64,000 bases of DNA, taken from Takakia lepidozioides (taxonomy: Eukaryota > Plantae > Bryophyta). Below are positions 40,401 through 49,929 of this stretch, piece by piece (position 1 is the first letter of the stretch; every line of letters starts with the position of its first letter). The stretch spans positions 49,042,001 to 49,106,000 of the forward strand of contig CM060733.1 in the NCBI GenBank assembly GCA_030704615.1, read 5' to 3'. Both the position numbers and the translations under genes were made by a program. The notes beneath the pieces were generated by a model. That model searched no databases, was not told where the DNA came from, and saw nothing but the letters and a program-made list of their open reading frames with translations.

Positions 40401-42362
40401 CGCCAAAACGAAGAAGCAGAAACAGCCTGTTCAGGAAGAGGGTGAGGAAGAGGACTTCGATGGAGACTTTGCAACCAGCCCACCCCCCCAAACGCAGGCT
40501 GCCTCCCCTGTGCCCACCGTTGTCACGAGAGGCACGAGAACTGGCTCGGCAAAGAAGACACTCTTCAACCCCCCAGGGGGGCACCCTTTCGAGCCGGTGG
40601 AAATGAAGAGGCCGAAAGTGGCTCCCGAAACAGTAGTCCAGTGTGTAAATGAGAGTTTCTTGGCGGCTTTGGATGGACGGGCAGCCAAGTTGGCATACAT
40701 GAAGACCATGGAGGGTCTGAAGGGCAGAGCACTGAAGAAGGCGACTGCCGAAGAGCCTTCCGACACCCCAGGATTTCAGAATATGGTCTCGTTCTTTGAG
40801 AGGGTGTGTGCAGACAAGGATTGTAGGAGGGGCGGAAATGCCACCGAGTGGTCTTGCGATATGATCATCTTGGATATTCCGGACGGAGAGCCTGTGGAAG
40901 AACTGCAAGCTTTGCCATCTTGGAACAGGTACTCGGAGGACTTTTGGAAGAAAGGATTCGGGCTTGCCCGCATGGTGTTGGACGACAGAGGCTGTGTGGT
41001 TGTCCTGGCGAGCAGAGGAAAAAACACTCAGACAGGAATTGCGAAGTGGACCCGCAAGAGCGCCGTCCCGATTCTGAAAAAGAAGTGGACGTGCATCAAC
41101 ACACTGGGCCTTCGGTCGGAAGGGAAGAAGGTGATTACGACACTGGCACTCGTCCATTCATTTGCTTGGGTGTTTTCAAATGCGGTGCCGCATTCGGTTT
41201 CTAATCGTTCCCCCCTGTGTATGCAGACGAAGCAGTTCGATGCATACTGCTTTGTGAAGGAGAACTCCACCTTTGCTTTCTGGAAGGAGGGAGGAAAGGT
41301 TGACCCGAACTGCGACCCCCTCGATTACGACGTTCTGTTCAACAACGTTCCCAAGGAACTTCTCCCTCATAGCCTCACTTCAACGGAACCCCTGCGGTAC
41401 TCACGGACTTGGAGCCCTGCCTTCATTCAGACAATTATGGAGACATGCACAGACGTGGAGGGCACAGTGCTCGACCTCATTTGTGGGACAGGTATGCAGA
41501 ATCTTGATCTATGTTGTTCTGCAAATTCTCGTTAGGATGTAGTTCGCAACATCTGAAGCGCCATGTGGTAGTGTGTGGATGGCATTGTAACAGGTGCCTC
41601 AATGTGGGCTGGGCGGTTTTCTGACCGGCACCTCTTTGCCTACGAGGAGGATTCATCCGTGTGGGGATCCCATCTGGAAGGGCTGCAACGGAATGTTAAG
41701 GCTCCCGACAGAGCGGAAGTCTCCTCGGATTCGTCGGAGTCCGTGGAAGACACAGTGGACATTGATGCGGAGGATAACCCGGAATACGAGTGAGTGCAAA
41801 CATTGTTAGTTTGCAAAGCCTTCTGGGTCATTTTTGTCAAACAAATTTCCGGACTGTGGTTCTCATTAGTCTCGTTGATGATTGTCATGTGCAGGATTGC
41901 AGGGTCCGGGTCGAAACATGTAGGGCCTACACTTCCTGCCAGGAAGAATGTCCCATTCTTTGCGAGGGCCGACTTCATGACGAGCCCGGTGAGGGACTAC
42001 TCCCTTCCTAGTTATGCAGCTAAACTCGCAAATACAGCGATTAGAAGAAGTGAGAATCCCAGTAAAGTAGAGCAGATTTTGGAAGGGCTAGGGAGGACAG
42101 AAGGATAAGGAAAGAGTTGGCAGCAGCTCAGACAGGTAGACGGGTACGAAAGTACATATGTGATTCAGCGGATGAGAGCGACGCAGACAGGGAGGAAGAC
42201 GACCCAACGGAGGTGAGATGGACAGTTCCGCAAGGGGAAGATGGGATTTTCGAAAGCCTGGCCAACGAGCAGTCCGCTGGAGATGAGAAAGGCACTGAGG
42301 GGGTGGAGGCGGAGCAGGACAGTCTAGAACAGGATGAGGATTCGGATGATTTTCAAGATTAA
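37421..42362 (+). pseudogene. Multi-exon gene: low-complexity N-terminus + ParB/Srx-like domain + helical region + N4/N6 DNA methyltransferase-like domain + acidic tail; several premature stops
   Basis: Approx. exons 37421-38676, 38789-38978, 39079-39363, 39417-39562, 39647-39863, 40011-41130, 41227-41491, 41594-41788, 41895-42362 with GT-AG borders. Motifs FFVWDGNHRLLAW, CDMIILDIPDG and GTVLDLICGTG|ASMWAGRFSDRHLFAYEED. Confidence 0.75.
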
Positions 42363-42498
42363 TAGAATTTTAATGAAGTCTCTGTAAATGTAAATTCTCT
42401 TCCAGAGTATATAAAGGAAATTCTTCCCGACATTCGTGACCCCTCTCCAGTGTGCATTCCAGCCACACAATCGCCCAAACCACGACGCTCCCAAAATC

Positions 42499-43290
42499 AG
42501 AAATGGGGCACCGCATTTCCAAAATTTTGGCAACTCTAAGAACCTCTTTTGGAAATGCGGCACCGCATTTCCAAAACAGGGGAGGGACTAAATTTTCCAT
42601 TTCAATGTTGGCATAGTAAAAAGTAATCGGCCGATTGGAAATGCGGTGCCGCATTTCCAAAATTTCCTTTGTCCACACGCCAGTTTTGGCCTCTCCCGCT
42701 CATTGCATGGATGCCACCATGCTTACAGAGGTCGAACAAGGAGGTCGAGATGGCGGAATTGGAAATGCGGTGCCGCATTTCCATATTGGGGATGGTCGTT
42801 GTTCGAACTGCAGGCCCATCAGCAAAAATTGGCACCGCATTCCATTGTAAAAAAAAAGTCGATGACGGACATGGAAATGCGGCGCCGCATTTCCAGAACG
42901 GACATCGCAATTTGTCCATTTGCAGACCCTCTCACGGAAATGTGGTAACGCATTCCATCGCGCTGGTCGGAAATGTCACACTTTTCGAAGTGTTGGACGG
43001 AAATGCGGCACCGCATTCCCTTGTCCAAAAAGAAGTTTCCATTGCCAAGCTGGAAATGCATCGCCGCATTTGCAATGCCAACCTCGTTGTCTGTCCAATT
43101 TATAGACCCGTGTTGGTATTTCGTGTACTTGGACGGAAATGATGCACCGCATTTCATTGTCCGACACTGAAATGCGGTTCATACATTTCCATGTCGGCAT
43201 GGAAATTCGGCACCGCATTTCCTTGTCCCACATGGAAATGCGGTGCCGCATTTCGATGCCAACATGGAAATGCGCCACCGCATTTCAATG
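42499..43290. repeat. Array of ~14 palindromes GGAAATGCGG(CG/CA/TG)CCGCATTTCC with mostly non-repetitive spacers
   Basis: Core hexamers start at 42507, 42559, 42645, 42769, 42831, 42881, 42944, 43007, 43060, 43143, 43176, 43209, 43242, 43274. Confidence 0.92.
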
Positions 43291-43543
43291 TCCGACATGG
43301 CGTTACTCTGGTATATTCTTGACACATGACTCACATACCGGTTACTCTGCTATATTCATCCGGACAGACACATTGTAGAAATGAGACATCAAATTGTAAA
43401 CAGTGGGCCAATTCCGAGAGTTATTCAACAGAATGAAACACAATCATACAGAAGTGAGGTACGATGGGTTTATTGATCGGACACGATGTCTCACATTTAC
43501 CAACTGCAGACAAAACTAAGCCCTTCCTCCTTCTACATGGGCT

Positions 43544-44122
43544 TCACCAAGTCGACGGAACTTCGATACCCCTCAAAACAAGCTCATCACTGCTGCGGCA
43601 CCTCGAGGTAAACTGCAATTCGGTCGTTCTGCTGCCCTTGCTGGAGCCGACGACAATGTCATGTCCATCAATGATACCACCATCATACATTGACAAGGTC
43701 ACTGTGGGCCTCATGTGCCCGTGCGATTCGTCTTCGCAACTCAGCCGAATGTCTCCATACACTGGAAGAGCGGAGTGATCTGCACGTATATAGTTTTCCC
43801 CGGTGCCGTCCTCCCTGGTCCACTGGCAGCAGTTCCAGCGCCAAAGCGAGGCCGTGCGTGATCTGTCCGGCATCCCTTTCCAGCTTGGTATATCGAGGTC
43901 AACAATTTTCAGGACCCACGGACCGCATTGACCCTCGCCCTCACCTCGCTCAAAGCGGTAATAGCCCTCCAGATACTCCATTGCGCGCAAAGACTCTTGC
44001 TTGATTCCAGCAGCGTCTGTGAAAACAGAGAGCCAGACAATGATGTCTCCTGATTCAGGTTTGAACATAGCATAATCGTGGCCATGATAAGGGCAGTCGG
44101 CTGGATTTCGGCGGCACGGCAT
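43544..44122 (-). CDS. Unknown element-encoded protein, 'RWNCCxWT' family paralog A (~192 aa from MPCRRN)
   Basis: Intact ORF, alignable end to end with 44678..45241 and over most of its length with 56561..57139. Confidence 0.75.
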   Translation of the reverse strand: MPCRRNPADCPYHGHDYAMFKPESGDIIVWLSVFTDAAGIKQESLRAMEYLEGYYRFERGEGEGQCGPWVLKIVDLDIPSWKGMPDRSRTASLWRWNCCQWTREDGTGENYIRADHSALPVYGDIRLSCEDESHGHMRPTVTLSMYDGGIIDGHDIVVGSSKGSRTTELQFTSRCRSSDELVLRGIEVPSTW

Positions 44123-44677
44123 CCTTGAAAAAGAGTAGCGGAGTACGCTCAATGACAGCAGCTCCCGGATGGAGGAGGAGCAGCGCGGTGGCTGGAAAAA
44201 GTTCAAGCTAACGCTGCAATTCCTCACAAACACTCCAGGGCACATTTAAATTTCCCCCTACAGGATCCTGGACCGATGAAGATTGGCTGCTTCATGAATG
44301 TAGCCGTTTCAGTTTCCTACCCTGCCATGCAAACTATGGGCACTCACTGCCAGGTGGGCCGATAGCCACTGGACACGACGAAGTCCATCCCCTCTTCGAT
44401 GTAAATGCGGCGCCGAATTTCCATCCGGGGGGATGGACTTCGGTGGCAGATCTCAAACTATAACTTGTTGATGAGAAAGATGTATGGGTTCATCCACCAC
44501 CGGCGTGATGAACACGTTCCACCTCCGTCGGTGGGTACGTGGGACCCAGATGCTCCATTATTGGAGGCCGGACTGCTCTTCCGCTTCGCATCATTTCCAA
44601 AATGTAAGGGCTTCGTAGCTGTCCGCAAGGTCATTGTCATCTGCATCCAAGTCGTCCTCAGGTCCTCCTTTGCAAGG

Positions 44678-45241
44678 ATGCCGTGCTTCCGGAACCGGGA
44701 TGACTGCCCATTTGGAGGCATCGATTATGCAATGTATTCGGCCACATCGGGAGACATTGTTATCTGGTACACAGATTACACAGAAGATACTGGTTCGATT
44801 GTGGAAACATTGGTGGCTTTTGAGTATATCGTAGGCCACTACGCCTTCGAGCGGGGTGACGATCTTGGTCTGAGGAGTCCGTGGCTCCTGCGCATCCTCG
44901 ATTCCGATTTTCCCAGCTACGACAGTCACCCATGCAGAAGAAGGTACACTGCTATGCTGTTGCGGTGGAACTGCTGCCACTGGACGTGGGTGGACTCCAT
45001 CGGAGAGACCTATTCTCCTCAAGGAGTGCGCTCCTCTTCTCCATTGTATGGGGACATTCGCATTGGTGTGGACGACGAAAACGTGAAGATTTCCATATTC
45101 GATGGTGGTATGATTGAAGGGCAGGACATTGTGGTGAACATCACTAGGGGCGGTACAACGGCTGCAATCGACTTTACATGGAGGAGCCCCATGACTCATG
45201 AGTTAGTTCTGAGAGCAGTCGAAGTCCCATTGACAACGTGA
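44678..45241 (+). CDS. Unknown element-encoded protein, 'RWNCCxWT' family paralog B (~187 aa from MPCFRN)
   Basis: Intact ORF, head-to-head with paralog A; shared DCP..DYAM...SGDI..W, RWNCC.WT, LYGDIR, DGG.I.G.DIVV, ELVLR..EVP. Confidence 0.75.
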   Translation: MPCFRNRDDCPFGGIDYAMYSATSGDIVIWYTDYTEDTGSIVETLVAFEYIVGHYAFERGDDLGLRSPWLLRILDSDFPSYDSHPCRRRYTAMLLRWNCCHWTWVDSIGETYSPQGVRSSSPLYGDIRIGVDDENVKISIFDGGMIEGQDIVVNITRGGTTAAIDFTWRSPMTHELVLRAVEVPLTT

Positions 45242-45704
45242 CTTGTATTCAGTAGGCACAGGGCTAAAGATTTGATTGCACAATCAGCACAGTAGACGTG
45301 CTTCAAATGCAATTCATGTGGATCAATAAAAACCTCATTGTGCCCTCTTTTTATTCTATTCTGTGTCCATCGTTCCGAGAATGCGTCATTGCTCATTTCG
45401 TTTGGGATTGGGAGTGTGGGTGGATTTTGCAAGTGGCTGGTAGGCTGAAATGGGCCCCCATTGTACAGAGCAGTACCACCCTACCATTCGCGAAACATTG
45501 CCTTTCAATATATAATTCTAAATAACATTGCCGAACCTCCTTCATCGGGAGGTCCTTCTCCCCCTATGACCGTGGCACCCTAAACCCTATTCCCGCGGAC
45601 ACTCATTTCCGGAAAATAGTGTTGCTCATGTTTTTTTCCACACTTACGACTCTGCTCATGGCTCATGCCGCTCATGGCTCATGGCTCATGAAATAGCAGC
45701 CCCC

Positions 45705-46050
45705 GTTGGGCTTCACCCCTTTGCGCATTATTTGCTCATAGGTCGCCAAAGCATTCCTACCACACCCATGTTTGGTAAATCCTGCCAACATTATATTCCA
45801 CATGATTAAAGATCGCTGAGGCATTATGTAGAAATCTTGGCGAGCATCCATGATGCTCCTGCACTTAACATACATGTTGACAAGGGTGTTGAGTAGAAAA
45901 AACATTTGGCATGAATCCACTTTGGATAATGTGAGTGTGCACCTGATTCCAGCTTCCAGACCTAGAGCCTTTGTCAGTCTGCCTGCCTCACAAAGCATCT
46001 TCACATGCCCCCACAGAAAAGGCATTGTGGACTCCCTCTCTTGATCCTCT
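45705..46050 (-). pseudogene. PLS-type PPR pseudogene, upstream half
   Basis: LLNTLVNMYVKCRSIMDARQDFYIMPQRSLIMWNIMLAGFTKHGCGRNALATYEQIMRKGVKPN; the KPN codons are the duplicated TSD. Confidence 0.85.
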
Positions 46051-46589
46051 TTCAGAAGTTGCGGTCATGGTTGAGGACGTGCCTGATTTTATCAACTGTG
46101 CCGCTGCAGCTATTGCCTTTAGTTGACCATCTACCCATTTAGGTTTCTTGCAGCTATTGATCCACATGGAATCACAGGTAATCTAGAGCTTGAAGTCCGG
46201 CCCTCTTGGATGAATCTGGACCCACACTCTATCCCTTCTCCTTCAGCTATCCATGCCTCTGCACAAATCATGCATTCATCTTTGCCCTTGCTGCTAGCAG
46301 CTGACAATGACAACCTAGGAAACACCCAATCACACTAGTTCCTATGCTGAGTTGCGTCTGCTACTCTCTCTCATCTAATAGGCATTCAACTTTTTGCCTC
46401 GGTTGTTCCACCATTCACTGGGGTCAACAAAGTATTCATTCCACACATTCTCCTCATCTCTGTGATCTATTTTGGATACTTTCCAGCTGCCACATCAGCA
46501 GTTACTTGTCATAGTCATTCCAAACCACCACAAATCCACCCAACAAGCTAACTTACAGAATTCAATATGTATCTCAGGGCCGAGTCTGA

Positions 46590-47932
46590 TGAGAGGGCAA
46601 AACAGGCTGAAATAGGTCGAAGAAGAAGGTGCCCTCACCACATTGTCCTTGACAATTCAATATGTAAATTCAGGGCCGAGTCTAATGAGAGGGAAAAACA
46701 GGCTGAAATAGGTCAAAGAAGAAGGCGCCCTCACCACATTCTCCAAGGCCTCCATACCACGCCCCTGCTGTGCACACCCTACAAGCATCGTGTTCCACGT
46801 GATGAAAGATCGTTGAGGCATTCTGTTGAACACTTGGTGAGCATCCATGATGCTCCAGCACATAACATACATGTTGACAAGGGTGTTGAGTAGAAAAATA
46901 TTTGGCGTGCACTTTGGATAATGTGAGTGTGCACCTGCTTTCTAGCTTCACTTGGCATTTCATCTTGATGCACTTATGCAAGAGATAAACATACGTATCT
47001 GAATCTGCTGAAATGCCTCCTTGGTTTAAAGTCAGTAGAGCCTCTTTCAGTCTGCCTGCCTCACAAAGCATCTTCACATGCCCATAAGTGCTAGAAGAGG
47101 CATTGTGGACTCCCTCTCTTGATCCTCTTCCAGAAGTTGTGGTCATGGTTGAGGTGCCTGACTTTATCAACTGTGCCACTGCAGCTGCTACCTTTGGCGA
47201 TGCAACCATGCACCTCTTTGCATCTGGTAATCTGACAAGCATTCACCTTGGTACAATTCCAGCTCTGAAGATGTCGCCATGTGGACCTCTTTCCCCTTTT
47301 CCAAAGGTGCCAGGGCAGTGTTCAGATTGACATTTGGTACAATTCCAGCTTTGATGATATCCCCATGCACCTCTTTGCCCTTCTCTAGGCCGGCTGCTAG
47401 GCTTGCACAAGCATTGCAAATGCACACAAACATGATGTGCTTCCATTGCTCATAGGTCTCCAAAAGCCTCCATTCCACATCCCTGCTGTGCATACCCTGC
47501 AAGCACATCATATCGCACTCCACGACACCACATGTCATTCAGGCATAGTGTCGAACACTCCCTTTGCATCCTAGATGCACCTACATGCTGCAAACATGTT
47601 CACTAGGGTATTGTTTAGAATGTCATCTGGTACAATTCTAGCTCTGAAGATGTTGCCATGCACATCTTTCCCCATTTCCAAAGCTGCCAGGGCAGTGTTC
47701 AGATTGACATTTGGCACAATTCTAGCTTTGATGATATCCCCATGCACCTCTTGCCCTTCTCCAGGGCTGCCAGGCTTGCACAAGCATTGCAAATGCACAC
47801 AAACATGATGTGCTTCCCCCATCATTTGCTCATAGGTCTCCAAAGCCTCCATCCCACGTCCCAGCCGTGCATACCATGCAAGCATCGCACTGCACGACAC
47901 CACATCTCGTTCAGCCATAGTGTCGAACAGAG
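46590..47932 (-). pseudogene. Cluster of frameshifted PPR pseudogene fragments with local duplications
   Basis: LCEAGRLKEAL...DTYVYLLHKC; MDAHQVFNRMPQRSFITWNTMLVG; CNACASLA.LEKGKEVHGDIIKAG repeated. Confidence 0.8.
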
Positions 47933-48228
47933 ATAGGGTTCTTATTCTCCTGTGCATCCAGTGAAATAGTTCTCATACGCACATTTGCCTCTTGCATAGG
48001 TTGCAGTTGCATTTCAGGACACCTCGCATACTTCTATTCTAGTTTCCTGTCTCTCAGGATCTCTCCTTTCAGGTTTGATTCACAGGATCTGAAAATTTTC
48101 CAGGGGTGCATAACTGGCCCCCCCCTAAAACTTGTTTGCCCGGATCGTGTTTATCTTGCACCTGGTGCATCCGCGTTGTACTGCTACACTTGTTTTGATG
48201 CTTTATGTGAACCCTAAACTTTCTTATA

Positions 48229-49929
48229 GTGTTAGCTGAAGTGGTGACTAGTTGGACAATCACAGCTGATGAGCAGGTGAGGGAAGTGAATGTGGGAACT
48301 AAAGAGGAACCGAGGATGGTGAAAGTAGGAGTTGATTTGGAGCCAGAATTCTTTGAAGAAGCTAAGAGCTTGTTCATCAAATACAGAGATGTATTTGCTT
48401 GGAACTATGAGGATCTAAAAGGGATACCACCTGAAGTCTGTCAGCATAAGATTGAATTGGAACCAGGGTCAGTACCAATCAAGCAGGCGAGGTACAGAAT
48501 GAATCCCAACTACGCACAGAAGGTTGGAGAAGAAATCAAGAAGTTGGCTGAGGCTAAGTTTATATACCCAATAGAGTATACAACTTGGTTGTCACCCATT
48601 GTTATAGTTCCCAAGAAGAATGGTAAACTAAGAGTATGTGTGAACTACAAGAAGCTGAATGCTTGTACGAAGAAAGATCCTTTCCCTTTGCCATTCACAG
48701 AAGCAGTATTGGACACTGTGGCAGGCCATGAGATGTACTCATTCATGGATGGCTTCAGTGGTTATAATCAAGTGCAAGTGGCAGAAGAAGATCAAGGAAA
48801 GACAGCTTTCATCACAGACTGGGGTGCTTATGCATACAAAGTCATGCCCTTTGGACTTTGTAATGCACCAGCAACCTTTCAGAGAGTAATAAGTGAATCT
48901 TTTCATGAGTATCTGGATGATTTCATGCAGGTGTTCTTGGATGATTTCAGTGTGTACAGCTCTAAGAATGAGCACTTGCATAAATTGGAGTTATGTCTGG
49001 CCAGATGCAGGATGAGAGGTCTGGGCCTGAATCCAGAGAAGTGTACATTCTGTGTGAACTCAGGGGTGCTCCTGGGACACATTGTGTGTAAGAAGGGACT
49101 TCTTGTGGATCCCAGGAAGACAGAGGCCATTAAAGTCTCTCCACCACCAATGAATGTTAAGAGTTTAAGGAGATTCCTTGGGCAAACCAGTTATTACAGA
49201 AGATTTGTCAAAAGGTATGCACAAATAGCAGCACCATTGAGCAAGCTTCTGAAGAAAGATGCAGTGTTTGCCTGGACAGCTGAATGTCAGCAGGCGTTTG
49301 AGGAACTTACACTGTCAGTAACAACTACACCTGTGCTGATTAACCTTCACTGGCATGTAGTATTTCATGTTCACTGCGATGCATCAGGAGAAGCGTTGGG
49401 AGCGGTGTTAGCCCAGAATGTTACAGGAAATATAGATTCACCTGTGTACTATGCTAGCAGGTTGATGAACAGTGCTGAAAGGAACTATAGCACAACTGAA
49501 AGAGAAGCACTGGCAATGATTTATGCAGTCAAGAAATTCAGGCATTACCTATTGGGAAGAAAGTTTATGTTTTATGTGGATCACCAGGCTCTGATATATC
49601 TGGTGAACAAACCTTTGATAAGTGGAAGGATAGCGAGGTGGTTAATAATCTTGCATGAATTTGAGTTCGAAGTTATTTACAAGCCTAGCCGTTTGCATCT
49701 TGTGGCAGATCATTTGTCACGACTAACAACAGGAGAGGCAGCTACAGGAGTGGACGATCAGTTACCTGATGCGAGTTTATTTGTAATGGAGGTGCAAGGA
49801 AGTGCAGATGAATGGTTAGATTGGCAGTGGCCAATCAGATACTACCTTACTCATGGTCAATGCCCACCTAGTTATGGTAAGGAGCAGAGGAAGAGAATCG
49901 CTATCAAAGCTTTACCTATACTATGGTAG
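48229..49929 (+). CDS. pol: Gypsy pol: reverse transcriptase + RNase H (frameshift into integrase)
   Basis: WLSPIVIVPKKNGKLRVC, MPFGLCNAPATFQR, FLDDF, HCDASG, ERNYSTTEREALA, VADHLSRL. Confidence 0.95.
   Translation: MLAEVVTSWTITADEQVREVNVGTKEEPRMVKVGVDLEPEFFEEAKSLFIKYRDVFAWNYEDLKGIPPEVCQHKIELEPGSVPIKQARYRMNPNYAQKVGEEIKKLAEAKFIYPIEYTTWLSPIVIVPKKNGKLRVCVNYKKLNACTKKDPFPLPFTEAVLDTVAGHEMYSFMDGFSGYNQVQVAEEDQGKTAFITDWGAYAYKVMPFGLCNAPATFQRVISESFHEYLDDFMQVFLDDFSVYSSKNEHLHKLELCLARCRMRGLGLNPEKCTFCVNSGVLLGHIVCKKGLLVDPRKTEAIKVSPPPMNVKSLRRFLGQTSYYRRFVKRYAQIAAPLSKLLKKDAVFAWTAECQQAFEELTLSVTTTPVLINLHWHVVFHVHCDASGEALGAVLAQNVTGNIDSPVYYASRLMNSAERNYSTTEREALAMIYAVKKFRHYLLGRKFMFYVDHQALIYLVNKPLISGRIARWLIILHEFEFEVIYKPSRLHLVADHLSRLTTGEAATGVDDQLPDASLFVMEVQGSADEWLDWQWPIRYYLTHGQCPPSYGKEQRKRIAIKALPILW

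Larger units (their letters stand above)
34646..45704. mobile_element. Mutator-like (MULE) DNA transposon, copy 1, 11,059 bp, non-autonomous, carrying ParB-MTase-like and unknown genes
   Basis: 9-bp TSD gttgggctt at 34637-34645 and 45705-45713. Imperfect TIRs GAGGTTTACTATTTCATGAGC / GGGGGCTGCTATTTCATGAGC(rc) with subterminal CATGAGC repeats. SWIM-bearing transposase remnant. Confidence 0.92.

Noticed and set aside
39976-41157. 393-aa minus-strand ORF (also 36102..36779 + and 44591..45199 -)
   Set aside because: Antisense shadows of GC-rich coding regions on the opposite strand
42370-43378. Many overlapping ORFs with repeated EMRCRIS/GNAAPHF/KCGAAF peptides (likewise FGAEIH/FRRRNS ORFs at 58357-59875)
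   Set aside because: Translation artefacts of the palindrome arrays, seen in all frames on both strands
48230-48237. tgttagct matching the reverse complement of the LTR end as a cryptic left terminus of the Gypsy
   Set aside because: No matching 5-bp TSD (tatag versus tgaat); an 8-bp match may be chance
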